NCBI GenBank assembly: GCA_964393485.1
Contig: CAYMTW010000005.1
Location: 27 to 64,026, forward strand
Source: an uncultured Melioribacter sp.
GTDB lineage: Bacteria > Bacteroidota > Ignavibacteria > Kapaibacteriales > Kapaibacteriaceae
DNA length: 64,000 nucleotides
Reading direction: 5' to 3'
Below the pieces are notes generated by a model. The model was not told where the DNA came from, did no database searches, and saw nothing but the letters and a program-made list of their open reading frames with translations. The first letter of the stretch is position 1; every line of letters starts with the position of its first letter. Both the position numbers and the translations under genes were made by a program. Of the stretch, positions 28,733-38,240 are shown piece by piece.

Positions 28733-29365
28733 ATGGACCTTTTCACTGATCCAAGCTCATCGCCGGCCTACAACCGCCGCAGCCTAAGCGCCGACGAGCT
28801 GCAGATGAGGATCCTTGATCGTGGCGATGCCATCGCCATGAATCGCATCCTCGATGCCTATGAAATGGCTCGCTCCGTCCATGCTGAGCAGGTGCGTAAT
28901 GACGGAACACCATACTTCGACCACCTCGCCCGCACAGTTCTGATCCTTATGGATGAGCTCCGCACGTATGACTCGGATCTGATCATCGCTGGTTTTCTGC
29001 ACGATGTTCTGGAAGACTCCCGCACGGTCACTCGGGAAGTACTGGAGTACAATTTCGGATCGTACGTTGCCTATGTGGTTGACACCCTCACTAAGGATCT
29101 CGACTCGGCAAAATCGGACCCTGATCGTATTGATGTTTACTATGCTGACCGTCTTCGACGTGCCAGCGATGACTGTCTGCTGATCAAGCTCGCAGCCCGT
29201 CTTGACAACTTTAGATGTCTATCGTTCAATCTCAAAAAGAACCCCTTGGTGTACGTTTCCAACACCTTGCAGCGATATGTCCCTATCGCCGAGACATCGC
29301 CAAATGAGCGTCTACAAAGGATTGCCGCCATGCTCCGTCATGAATCCAACACTGTTCTTGGATAA
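28733..29365 (+). CDS. HD-domain protein, SpoT/Mesh1-like (p)ppGpp hydrolase domain only (small alarmone hydrolase-like)
   Basis: HAEQVRNDGTPYFDHL...AGFLHDVLEDS matches the RelA/SpoT hydrolase HD motif. 210 aa from ATG 28733, with no synthetase domain. Confidence 0.65.
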   Translation: MDLFTDPSSSPAYNRRSLSADELQMRILDRGDAIAMNRILDAYEMARSVHAEQVRNDGTPYFDHLARTVLILMDELRTYDSDLIIAGFLHDVLEDSRTVTREVLEYNFGSYVAYVVDTLTKDLDSAKSDPDRIDVYYADRLRRASDDCLLIKLAARLDNFRCLSFNLKKNPLVYVSNTLQRYVPIAETSPNERLQRIAAMLRHESNTVLG

Positions 29366-29374
29366 CGACCGGCC

Positions 29375-30160
29375 ATGACGCACCAAGAGCTCCTCGATGC
29401 GGCTCTCGAAGCCGCATTTCAGGCCGGTGAGATCCTGCGCACTGGCTTCGGCTCAGCAGGCAGTGTGACGTCCAAGGAAGGTCGCCATAACCTGGTCACG
29501 GAGTTTGATCACGCCAGTGAAGCTCGCATTCTTGAAGTTCTACGAGAGCGCACCCCCGCGGCAGCAATCCTAACGGAGGAAAGTGGAGTGCATCATGGTT
29601 CGGATGATGTAACCTGGGTTGTCGACCCCCTCGATGGCACCGTGAATTTCGCACATGGCATTCCGATCTTCTGCGTGTCGATCGCTGCCGTTGTGCGCGA
29701 AACGATTGTCTGTGGGGCTATCCATCAGCCCCTTCTCAATGAGACGTTCACTGCCATCATTGATCGGGGAAGCTATCTCAACGGAAGACGCCTCCATGTC
29801 TCGGCCACCCCGACGCTCAATGACAGCATCCTGGTGACGGGGTTCCCCTATAACGTCGAACACAATCCTGGACGTTGCATCGATCAGTTTGCATCGATCG
29901 TCGGCAAGGGGCTTCCGGTGCGTCGCCTCGGCAGCGCAGCTCTGGACCTTGCCTATGTTGCTGACGGACGTTTTGACGGATTCTGGGAGGTTGCTCTGCA
30001 GCCTTGGGATATGGCGGCGGGTGTGTTGATCGTCACCGAAGCAGGAGGAAAAGTTACCCACTATTCTGGCCGGTCGTTTTATCTCGGTACGGACTCGATC
30101 GTAGCAACCAATGGTACCATTCACTCCGAGCTCGTACACGCTCTCGAGGTAAGTCCATGA
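29375..30160 (+). CDS. suhB: Inositol monophosphatase family protein (SuhB-like)
   Basis: TWVVDPLDGTVNF and WDMAAG motifs. Confidence 0.85.
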   Translation: MTHQELLDAALEAAFQAGEILRTGFGSAGSVTSKEGRHNLVTEFDHASEARILEVLRERTPAAAILTEESGVHHGSDDVTWVVDPLDGTVNFAHGIPIFCVSIAAVVRETIVCGAIHQPLLNETFTAIIDRGSYLNGRRLHVSATPTLNDSILVTGFPYNVEHNPGRCIDQFASIVGKGLPVRRLGSAALDLAYVADGRFDGFWEVALQPWDMAAGVLIVTEAGGKVTHYSGRSFYLGTDSIVATNGTIHSELVHALEVSP

Positions 30161-30948
30161 CTGTCCTCCATATGAGCGGTGCCGGCAACCGCTTTCTTGT
30201 GATCGATGATCGTGATCAGCGCCATGAAGAAGTGTTCACTCCGGACAGAATCGTACGATCTATCCACGAGAACGCACGAGCCGATGGGGCGAGCATCGAG
30301 GGCTTGCTGCGCATTCGGCAGATCGGCTCGGCTCGCGTTGAGGCCGAATTCTACAATCCCGATGGGAGTCGCGGGATGCTGTGCGGCAACGGCGCCCGTT
30401 GCGTGGTGCGGTATGCGACTGACCACGGGCTGCGCGCGCAGGAGTCGATTACCTGTCTCTTCAACGGCGTCCTCTACTCGGCACGCGTCTACGAAGACGG
30501 CACGGTTGGCATTCAACTCCCGACGCCTCTGCAGATGCGCTACTTTGCTCCGGGAAGCCTTGAGTCGGTTGATGCACAGGTCTGGTATGTCGATGTTCAT
30601 AGTGACCATGCCGTTATCATTGCCCCACACGAAGCGTCGGCCCCGGTCGTCGCCCAGCTTCGTCATCACCCCGACTTTCCTCGGGGCGTCAACGTGAACA
30701 TGATGTGCATCACTGATCCACAGACGATCTCGCTGGCAACATTCGAACGTGGGGTAGAAGCTATCACCGGGGCCTGCGGAACCGGAGCAGTCAGTGCGGC
30801 TGTAACCATGTGGATGCGCGATCCATCACACACCCAGTTTACAGTTATTCCCCCGAGCGGCCGACCGCTCAGTGTTACGATCTTTGCCCACGCGGGCCAC
30901 ATCGAATCCATCGAACTGCGCGGAGACGCCGTCTATGACAATTGCTGA
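30157..30948 (+). CDS. dapF: Diaminopimelate epimerase
   Basis: ATG 30157 forms an ATGA overlap with the suhB stop. MSGAGNRFLVIDD, plus the two catalytic Cys contexts (CGNGARC, GACGTGAVSAAV). Confidence 0.85.
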   Translation: MTVLHMSGAGNRFLVIDDRDQRHEEVFTPDRIVRSIHENARADGASIEGLLRIRQIGSARVEAEFYNPDGSRGMLCGNGARCVVRYATDHGLRAQESITCLFNGVLYSARVYEDGTVGIQLPTPLQMRYFAPGSLESVDAQVWYVDVHSDHAVIIAPHEASAPVVAQLRHHPDFPRGVNVNMMCITDPQTISLATFERGVEAITGACGTGAVSAAVTMWMRDPSHTQFTVIPPSGRPLSVTIFAHAGHIESIELRGDAVYDNC

Positions 30949-32101
30949 ACATATCGAATCGATCTATCCATGGATGGTCGAAACGCGTCGTCATATCCAC
31001 CGTCATCCCGAACTCTCGTTTCAAGAGTTTGAAACGGCGGACTTTATCTGCCAGACGTTAGCCGATCTTGGAGTTGAGCACCGACGCATCGCCACCACCG
31101 GGGTCGTAGCTCAAATTGGCTCCGGTGATCGGTGCGTTGCTCTGCGCGCAGATATCGACGCGCTGCCGATCGTAGAAGAGACCGGACTTGACTATGCGTC
31201 AACGCGGCCGGGCGTTATGCATGCCTGCGGACACGATACCCACACGACCATGCTGCTTGCCACGGCGCGGGTCCTCAATGAACGTCGAAACGATCTCGGT
31301 GGGGTTGTCAAACTGCTATTCCAGCCCGGCGAAGAGATGGTACCCGGCGGTGCCAGCATCATGATATCCGAGGGGGCACTTCGGGACCCCGCACCGGAGA
31401 TGATCTTCGGTCAGCATATTGATCCGCAAGCCCCGTACGGTAAGGTCTCCTTCGTATCCGGACCCATGCTGGCTTCGGCCGATGAGCTTCACTGGACTAT
31501 CCGGGGCTTTGGTGCCCACGCGGCACAGCCACATCTCGGACGTGACCCGATCATGGCCGCCACTGGACTGGTGCATCACCTGCAGTCGCTTATCACCAAG
31601 CGGCGCAACCCGCTAGATCCGGGCGTGATGACCGTCACCAGCATCCATGGAGGCTCGGCCACCAACATCATCCCGGACGTTGTCGAGATGAAGGGTACAC
31701 TCAGATCCTTCGATACGACATGGAGAGAGCTGGCATGGGCATTTCTTACAGAACAGACACAGGCATACTGCGCCCTCCATGGATGCGAGGGATCCCTAGA
31801 AATTTCAAAGGGTTACCCGCCACTCATAAACCATGCATCGGCAGTAGAAAGGGCTCGCGTCGTGGCATGCGAGGTCATAGGTGCGGGGAACGTCCTCGAC
31901 TTTGAACCAAAGATGTGGGCCGAGGACTTTGCTTACTACGCCCAGCACGTTCCAGCCTGTTTCTGGATGCTCGGTGGACGTCCCGTCGAGTCCGCCTCAA
32001 TGCCCGGACTTCATAACCCCCGCTTTGCCCCAGAAGAGCGTGCCATGACGATCGGAGCGGCGCTGTTAGCCGAAACGGCAATGCGGTACTTCAACGACTG
32101 A
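30935..32101 (+). CDS. M20D family amidohydrolase (N-acyl-L-amino acid amidohydrolase / hippurate hydrolase type)
   Basis: RRHIHRHPELSFQEFETADFI, MHACGHDTH and FQPGEE motifs. ATG 30935 overlaps the dapF end by 14 nt. Confidence 0.85.
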   Translation: MTIAEHIESIYPWMVETRRHIHRHPELSFQEFETADFICQTLADLGVEHRRIATTGVVAQIGSGDRCVALRADIDALPIVEETGLDYASTRPGVMHACGHDTHTTMLLATARVLNERRNDLGGVVKLLFQPGEEMVPGGASIMISEGALRDPAPEMIFGQHIDPQAPYGKVSFVSGPMLASADELHWTIRGFGAHAAQPHLGRDPIMAATGLVHHLQSLITKRRNPLDPGVMTVTSIHGGSATNIIPDVVEMKGTLRSFDTTWRELAWAFLTEQTQAYCALHGCEGSLEISKGYPPLINHASAVERARVVACEVIGAGNVLDFEPKMWAEDFAYYAQHVPACFWMLGGRPVESASMPGLHNPRFAPEERAMTIGAALLAETAMRYFND

Positions 32102-32122
32102 CCGCCCGCCGTGCTGATCCGC

Positions 32123-33409
32123 TCAGGCAAGCCCCTTGTCTGATGGGGCAGATCGAAGAGTAAAGACGGTTACCTCGGGCGCAATTCCAATACGAAGGGG
32201 AGGCCCGACGGTGCCAATTCCCCGATTGACATACAGCTGCTGACGACCCTTGGTGTAGTGTCCGGCCCACTGTCGATAGATATGCTGCGCAGGACTCCAT
32301 TCCAAACCAAGCACCTGCACCCCAAACTGTCCGCCGTGCGTGTGGCCTGAGAGCATCACATCGACCGGTGCCTTTTCGACGATTTCTCGATCCCAGAACG
32401 TAGGATCATGGGCAAGCAGGATCACCGGCTCATGCGCATCCACACCATCAAGTGCGTCATCAAGTCGTGCATACGTTTGGCGGAATCCTGTGTTGTCAGT
32501 CCCAGCGATCACGAGAGAAGCCCCATCGACCCCGATACGGCGATGCTGGTTGATAAGCAGGTCAACACCCATCTGGCGAATGCCGTCAACAAGATGCCGA
32601 TGCTCTTCCACTGTGTTGTAGTGGTCATGATTTCCCAGTGATGCCATCACGCCATACGGTGCGCGAAGTCGCTCAAGCTCACTAGCGATCAATTGCATCT
32701 CACGGGGCTTCTGGTTCACAAAGTCACCAGTGATCACGATAGCATCCGGACGCTCCGATCCGATGATCCGGCGGACCTCCTGGAAGGGCCGATGATCCGG
32801 GAACGACCCGGCATGGATATCTGATATCTGCACGATGCGGAAACCGTCCAAAGCACGTGGTAGTTTTTCAAGGATGAGTTCTTGCCGGTATATCTGGAAA
32901 TCGTAAAGCGTACTCCACATTCCCCTTCCGACGATCACGAACGGAACGGCCGACATCGACCACGCCGCCGTTCCAAGAAACTCGCGCCGGGATCGAGACG
33001 GCGCCTTAGCACCACTGGTTGCGGGTGCCGGCAGATCCGGGGATAGACTCGAAGGCGAGGATGGCACCTTCCTGGGCCCCAGTCGATGGAGCAACGCCCT
33101 GCCCCCTCGAATGACATCGCGCCCTAGCAGTATCAATGCGATACCAAACTTTGGCAGGTACCAGAAGGAGATCAGCCCCATGATGGTAACGTCAACCCCA
33201 TCAACGCGAAAGAAATGACGCCGAACAAGCATGCTAGCCAGTCCCAGGAATACGATTAGCGCTGCCCCCCAGGGAACTCGATACCACCAGGAACGCAAGT
33301 GTCGCCGTCGCGCGAAAGACGTCCAGTGGGAAAGTACATATGTGTCGACAAGCAGAAGCACGGTGCCAAGTGTGACACCGAAGAGCAACATATTCGGTTG
33401 TTGATTCAT
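32123..33409 (-). CDS. Membrane-anchored metallophosphoesterase (YkuE-like)
   Basis: N-terminal TM helices followed by calcineurin-like motifs (QISDIHAG, ITGDFV, GNHDH, GHTHGGQ). Confidence 0.8.
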   Translation of the reverse strand: MNQQPNMLLFGVTLGTVLLLVDTYVLSHWTSFARRRHLRSWWYRVPWGAALIVFLGLASMLVRRHFFRVDGVDVTIMGLISFWYLPKFGIALILLGRDVIRGGRALLHRLGPRKVPSSPSSLSPDLPAPATSGAKAPSRSRREFLGTAAWSMSAVPFVIVGRGMWSTLYDFQIYRQELILEKLPRALDGFRIVQISDIHAGSFPDHRPFQEVRRIIGSERPDAIVITGDFVNQKPREMQLIASELERLRAPYGVMASLGNHDHYNTVEEHRHLVDGIRQMGVDLLINQHRRIGVDGASLVIAGTDNTGFRQTYARLDDALDGVDAHEPVILLAHDPTFWDREIVEKAPVDVMLSGHTHGGQFGVQVLGLEWSPAQHIYRQWAGHYTKGRQQLYVNRGIGTVGPPLRIGIAPEVTVFTLRSAPSDKGLA

Positions 33410-34305
33410 CCCGTCTGGGCTGGGTCGGCTTCAGGCCGTAATTGGAGGAACAATGCCTCGGCTTCGGCGATCAATGTCTGACCGTCTGCCGAGCGAACCT
33501 CTCCTCTGACGAACTGCTTGCGTCCTTGTTGCGTGTCGATCCATGCACGTATCTCATGCTGTTCACCAATACGCATCGGACGTCTGAAATTCACAAGGAG
33601 GCGCGCCGTCGGAGCGCGAATACCGGCCGAGCTGAGGGTCTTTCCCATTGCCTCATCAAGGAGCAGGGAGACGAATCCACCATGCGTGGTGCCAAGCGCT
33701 CCCTGCATACGTTCATCGGGAGTGACCCACGTTCGAACGATGCGATCACGTCGGTTCCGAATGAAGGTTAGTCGAAATGAATAGGGATTGGCCTGACCGC
33801 ATCCAACGCAGTGGTTGTCCGGTTTCGGTCGCAGGATCTGCAGATCATCGCCGTCGGCAAGGGGCGTCAGGGGAACAATCGCGGATGATCCTGGAACGCG
33901 GTACGCGGCGTACGGCCCCCAGGGCTCAATATGCCGGGCAATGTCAACTGCGACATGTGGGACGAGTCGACCTCGCTCGCCAACCGGTGCCCAGTGGTAG
34001 AGCACGCCATCAGCCGAGTACGAGAGCTTTTCAGGTGCGAATGCCGATGACAATGAGTGCGCAAAATCGAGTCGGCCATCGTGATACCCCGTGTATACGA
34101 TCGGCGTGTCCTGCACCCGCAGGTAGTTCATCTCCTCACCGCAGCGGGAGACATAGGGGTACTCCGGGTAGTCTGGGTTCGCGGTAGGGGCAAGGCGACG
34201 AAAAAAGAAATCGAGAAACCACGGGTCATCTTGAACAACTCCATCGAGCGTGAGCACGCCTCGCGTGTCGAGCTCGTAGTAGTATTCACGGGTGACCATG
34301 ATCAC
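33406..34305 (-). CDS. Fusion protein: DUF4505/UPF0598-like N-terminal domain plus PaaI/Them4-type hotdog thioesterase
   Basis: The N-terminus (TREYYYELDTRGVLTLDG...FLDFFFRRL...PYVSRCGEEMNYLRVQDTPIVYT...DGVLYHWAP) resembles the UPF0598 (C8orf82) family as I recall it. The C-terminus carries CVGCGQANP...THGGFVSLLLDEAMG, the 4HBT/PaaI hotdog signature. Confidence 0.6.
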   Translation of the reverse strand: MIMVTREYYYELDTRGVLTLDGVVQDDPWFLDFFFRRLAPTANPDYPEYPYVSRCGEEMNYLRVQDTPIVYTGYHDGRLDFAHSLSSAFAPEKLSYSADGVLYHWAPVGERGRLVPHVAVDIARHIEPWGPYAAYRVPGSSAIVPLTPLADGDDLQILRPKPDNHCVGCGQANPYSFRLTFIRNRRDRIVRTWVTPDERMQGALGTTHGGFVSLLLDEAMGKTLSSAGIRAPTARLLVNFRRPMRIGEQHEIRAWIDTQQGRKQFVRGEVRSADGQTLIAEAEALFLQLRPEADPAQTG

Positions 34306-35949
34306 CTACATACGCTCCGGCGTCGAAACGCCCAGGATGAGCAACCCATTACGCATAGCCCTGCGCGTAACGTCAGCCAGCAACAGACGGGCAGACTCGA
34401 CAGCGGGCTCAGCACCCAGGATGCGGCAATCATGATAGAAGTTGTGGTAGGCGCCGGCCAGATCTCGCAGGTACTCTGCGATGACGTGAGCCTCAAGATT
34501 CTCACATGCACGTTCAACGGTCGAGCGCATACGTGAGAGCTGGGCAATGAGTTCGATCTCGCGTTGGTGCTCGAGAACGGATAGATCCGCGTCATGGTCC
34601 AAGGCAAGCCCCTTTTCTTCGGCCTTGCGCAGAATCGAGCATACACGCGCGTGCGCATACTGCAGGTAGAAGACCGGATTCTTGTCGCCTTCTTCTTTGG
34701 CCAGACCGAGGTCAAACTCCAGATGCGTGCCGACAGCACGCATGATGAAGAAGAACCGGACAACGTCCGCCCCCACCTCATCGATCAGATCATCCAGAGT
34801 GAACGACTTACCACTCCTCTTGGAGAACTTGACGATCTCGCCGTTCTCGACGAATGTGACCATCTGGTGGATGACCACGCGCACACGATCGGTGTCAAAA
34901 CCGAGGGCCTTGACACCTGCAAGCACATCAGGGACGGTGGCGATGTGGTCAGCGCCGAAAATGTCGATAACAACGTCAAAGCCCCGTTCAAGCTTGTCGC
35001 GGTGATAGGCAATATCAGGCAGCCGATAGGTTGGCTCGCCGGAGGATTTGACGATGACCTTGTCTTGTTGGTTACCAAGCTCAGTCAGGGCAAGCCATGT
35101 TGCGCCGTCCTTTTCATAGACCAAGCCGCGCTCGCGAAGAGCATCGATCGTGCCCGTTACCTTACCACTCGTATACAGTGAATCCTCATTGTAGTACACG
35201 TCATGGTGAATATTCAGTGCCTCGAGGGTCTTCTTGATCGACGCAAAACACCATTCTTCACCAGCCTTACGACAGAGGCTGAGTGCATCTTCTTCCGTCA
35301 TTTCCCGAACCGACTCTGCCTGATGCGCGGCGATCGACGTTGCGATCTCACCGATGTATTCTCCGTGATACCCGTCTTCCGGAAAGGAGATCTCCGTGTT
35401 ACCAAGAGCATGCTGCAGACGCACGTAGATGCTACGTCCGAGCATATTCATCTGGTTGCCTGCATTGTTGAAGTAGTACTCGCGCGTGACCTGGTAACCA
35501 TTCCAGGCATACAGGTTGGCGATCGTGTCACCCACGGCACAGTTTCGCCCATGGCCGGCATGAAGGGGGCCCGTAGGATTGGCACTAACGTACTCGATAT
35601 TCATTGTGCGGCCTGCACCGGCGTCCGACCTTCCGATACCCTCAGCAAGCAGGTCCAGGTCGCGTAGCATAGCTCGGTACACCGCCGGACGAAACGTGAC
35701 ATTGATGAATCCTGGACCAGCCACAACCACCGACTCCACTAGCTCTGATGGCTGAACTCCATCAACGATCTCCTGCGCCAGCGCACGTGGCTGCTTGCCA
35801 AGGCGCTTGGCATGCATCATCGCGATGTTCGTGGAGAGGTGCCCCTGACCTTCCTGCTTTGGAACGCCGAACGGAATGGCCCCCTCGATCTCCAGTCCTA
35901 CCGAGGAGGCTGCACGCCGCAGCTCATCCTCAATGTATCGGTGCATCAT
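34306..35949 (-). CDS. argS: Arginine--tRNA ligase
   Basis: Class I HIGH motif context (ANPTGPLHAGHGRN), an anticodon-binding C-terminus, and the canonical terminal ...ERM. ATG 35949 forms an ATGA overlap with the rsfS stop. Confidence 0.9.
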   Translation of the reverse strand: MMHRYIEDELRRAASSVGLEIEGAIPFGVPKQEGQGHLSTNIAMMHAKRLGKQPRALAQEIVDGVQPSELVESVVVAGPGFINVTFRPAVYRAMLRDLDLLAEGIGRSDAGAGRTMNIEYVSANPTGPLHAGHGRNCAVGDTIANLYAWNGYQVTREYYFNNAGNQMNMLGRSIYVRLQHALGNTEISFPEDGYHGEYIGEIATSIAAHQAESVREMTEEDALSLCRKAGEEWCFASIKKTLEALNIHHDVYYNEDSLYTSGKVTGTIDALRERGLVYEKDGATWLALTELGNQQDKVIVKSSGEPTYRLPDIAYHRDKLERGFDVVIDIFGADHIATVPDVLAGVKALGFDTDRVRVVIHQMVTFVENGEIVKFSKRSGKSFTLDDLIDEVGADVVRFFFIMRAVGTHLEFDLGLAKEEGDKNPVFYLQYAHARVCSILRKAEEKGLALDHDADLSVLEHQREIELIAQLSRMRSTVERACENLEAHVIAEYLRDLAGAYHNFYHDCRILGAEPAVESARLLLADVTRRAMRNGLLILGVSTPERM

Positions 35950-36353
35950 GCCACAGCAGCCCTTCTCGTCGGAATAGTCGTGGCCTTTGGCGCGCCTGCT
36001 GGAGTGAGCGTATAGGCCTTGGCATCGCCCCAAAGGCGTTCCAGCTTATAGAATTCGCGGGCTGAGCCAAGCATAACGTGAACAACGACATCAAAGTAGT
36101 CCAGGATAACCCACGTAGAGGTACCCTTGCCCTCGTGATTTGGGTACCCGAAGCCCATTGTCTTTAGGGTGTACTCAATGCTGTCCGTCACAGCTTTGAT
36201 CTGAGCTTCACTGTCCACCGTCACGATGACGAAGAAGTCAGCAGGCGGGGTATCAAGTGCTGTCAAGTCGAGTACAAGGATGTCATGCGCCTGCTTTTCC
36301 TGAGCCAGTCTGGCGCAAAGAACGGCTCTGCCTTTGGTGCTGCGGGGTTTCAC
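35946..36353 (-). CDS. rsfS: Ribosomal silencing factor RsfS
   Basis: DILVLDL...DFFVIVT...WVILDYFDVVVHVM...YKLERLW signature. Confidence 0.85.
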   Translation of the reverse strand: MKPRSTKGRAVLCARLAQEKQAHDILVLDLTALDTPPADFFVIVTVDSEAQIKAVTDSIEYTLKTMGFGYPNHEGKGTSTWVILDYFDVVVHVMLGSAREFYKLERLWGDAKAYTLTPAGAPKATTIPTRRAAVA

Positions 36354-36397
36354 GAGTATGGGTGTGGTTTTGGGTGTGAGATTTCAGGTTTCAGGTT

Positions 36398-36856
36398 TCA
36401 GTCGCGGAAGGGTTCGAGTTTGCCGAGATCAGAGCCCAGGATAACGGAAGCTTTCAAGAATCGCAGTGAATCAATTTCAGCAACAACCATGGAGTCAGCA
36501 ATTCCGAGGACCTTGGCCACCTTCAGTGCTGACTGGCGATCGCCAACGCGGTCGATGACCGTTGTCCGGCGGGGCCGTTCGTCAGATGTCGAAATTTCGA
36601 CAACGTCAAAGCCTCGCTTGCGAAAGAAGTCTAGAGTTGCCTTACCTGCCCCCTTGCGACCCGAGGCATTGACGACCTCCAGCTGGATGGCACTGCGGGG
36701 GTCATTCTCGTCTGTGAGGGGTGAAATCGGCGGGTGAAACAGCCGCCACACCAACGAACCGACAAGTACAAGGACTGCGCAGGCCCCCACGCCGACGATG
36801 GACCAGCCGACAAGTCGGGCTCCTCCTCCGCCAAATGAGCGCCCAAAAATCTTCAT
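36398..36856 (-). CDS. LytR_C (LytR cell-envelope-related attenuator C-terminal) domain membrane protein
   Basis: N-terminal TM from ATG 36856 (MKIFGR...), then VVNASGRKGAGKATLDFFRKRGFDVV...VIDRVGD typical of LytR_C. The track ORF extends into the tRNA. Confidence 0.65.
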   Translation of the reverse strand: MKIFGRSFGGGGARLVGWSIVGVGACAVLVLVGSLVWRLFHPPISPLTDENDPRSAIQLEVVNASGRKGAGKATLDFFRKRGFDVVEISTSDERPRRTTVIDRVGDRQSALKVAKVLGIADSMVVAEIDSLRFLKASVILGSDLGKLEPFRD

Positions 36857-36884
36857 GCCATTGATTGCCAATCCATGTATTGTG

Positions 36885-36971
36885 CGGAAAGGGCGGGATT
36901 CGAACCCGCGGTACCGTTGCCGGCACACACGCTTTCCAGGCGTGCCAATTCAACCACTCTTGCACCTTTCC
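36885..36971 (-). tRNA. tRNA-Ser (anticodon GGA), type II with long variable arm; CCA not encoded
   Basis: Reverse complement folds by hand: acceptor GGAAAGG/CCTTTCC; anticodon stem CACGC/GCGTG with loop CTGGAAA; long variable arm; T-arm GCGGG-TTCGAAT-CCCGC; discriminator G. 87 nt. Confidence 0.85.
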
Positions 36972-37129
36972 GAGAGGGCGCAATATACGGAGAAGGCATC
37001 TGACGGACTGGAAATCGTTTGGACTCATCGGCATGGTCGAAAACCATCCAAGATGTTTCACTTGCGAATCAACAATTCGTACATTTGTCGGTTGCAAAAG
37101 TGGGTACTTACCGACCTCTAAACCTTCGC

Positions 37130-38161
37130 ATGAATCGGCGTTCCTTCGTCACATCAATCGCATCAACCGCCACGGCAATTGCCGCTGGTGTGGCCGTGCC
37201 GTCGGTGGTACGAGCAGGCAGTGGCATCCCCATGTCTCGAGTCCTACCGAAGGGAATCCGCGCAGGCTCCACAGTCGGAATCGTATGCCCAGCCAGCGGT
37301 GCAACCATGCAGGATGTAAGTGATTTCGCGGCCCTCTGCCGCGAATGGGGCGTCAAGGTCAAGCTCGGCAAGAACATCTCCCGGCGTAGCGGATATCTTT
37401 CGGCACCGGATGAGGACCGAGCGAGTGAACTCATGGGGTTCATCGAAGATCCGGAAGTCGATGCCGTGATCTGCGCCCGAGGGGGCTATGGGGTGATGCG
37501 AATTTTGCCGATGCTGGACTTCACGTCAATCCGCCAGGCGGGCAAGATCATCATGGGCTTCAGTGATATCACGGCCTTGCTGATCGCAGCTCATCAACTC
37601 AGCGGCATCGTCACGTTCCACGGCCCGGTGGCTTCCTCCACATTTGACCCTTTCACGGTCCAGTCTTTACAGGATGTCGTCCTGACGGAGTCGGGATCCA
37701 ATCTGACAACCTTCAGCAATACGCGCCTGACCGTCATCAACGAGGGCGTTGCGCAGGGACATCTCACCGGCGGCAATTTGGCGCTGGTTGTCAGTACGCT
37801 CGGGACGAAGTTTGAAATCGACACGATGGACGCCATCCTCTTCCTGGAGGAGATAAACGAAGAACCGTTTCGAGTGGATCGAATGCTGACGCAACTCTGG
37901 CTTGCCGGGAAACTTCAGTCGGCCAAAGCAATTGCGCTCGGGAATTTCCGCGACTGCGAAGCTCGAGGAACGTCGATAACCGGTCCATCGTTCACTCTGA
38001 GCCAGGTCTTTGAGGAGCGCCTTGCCTCTCTTGGTGTGCCCGTGGTTTACGGATTGCCGTTCGGTCACGTCAGAAGTAAGCTCACGCTTCCCCTCGGTGT
38101 AAACGCCGAGCTAGATGCTACTGCACGAACATTTCGAGTACTTGAACCAGCCGTCGTGTAA
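37130..38161 (+). CDS. LD-carboxypeptidase (peptidase S66, LdcA-like) with a Tat-type signal peptide
   Basis: MNRRSFVTSIASTATAIAAGVAVPSVVRA has a twin-arginine RRxF motif. S66 motifs GFSDITAL and a C-terminal ...GLPFGH. The track start 37019 is over-extended. Confidence 0.75.
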   Translation: MNRRSFVTSIASTATAIAAGVAVPSVVRAGSGIPMSRVLPKGIRAGSTVGIVCPASGATMQDVSDFAALCREWGVKVKLGKNISRRSGYLSAPDEDRASELMGFIEDPEVDAVICARGGYGVMRILPMLDFTSIRQAGKIIMGFSDITALLIAAHQLSGIVTFHGPVASSTFDPFTVQSLQDVVLTESGSNLTTFSNTRLTVINEGVAQGHLTGGNLALVVSTLGTKFEIDTMDAILFLEEINEEPFRVDRMLTQLWLAGKLQSAKAIALGNFRDCEARGTSITGPSFTLSQVFEERLASLGVPVVYGLPFGHVRSKLTLPLGVNAELDATARTFRVLEPAVV

Positions 38162-38240
38162 GACCCGGCTGTAACCAATCCAGACATTTCCCAGTCTTTC
38201 TGTGTCGAGCCGCATGAACCTAACGTACAACCTTCGAGGA

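Noticed and set aside
36382-36402. Tandem heptamer tttcagg in about three copies between rsfS and the LytR_C gene
   Set aside because: It is only about 21 nt, the third copy is imperfect, and it overlaps the LytR_C stop codon. That is too short to call a repeat element or a regulatory site.
36885-36971. tRNA-Ser as a possible genomic-island integration site
   Set aside because: There is no integrase next to it, I noticed no duplicated tRNA 3' segment nearby, and the flanking genes are ordinary envelope/translation genes. A repeat search over the whole contig was not possible by eye.
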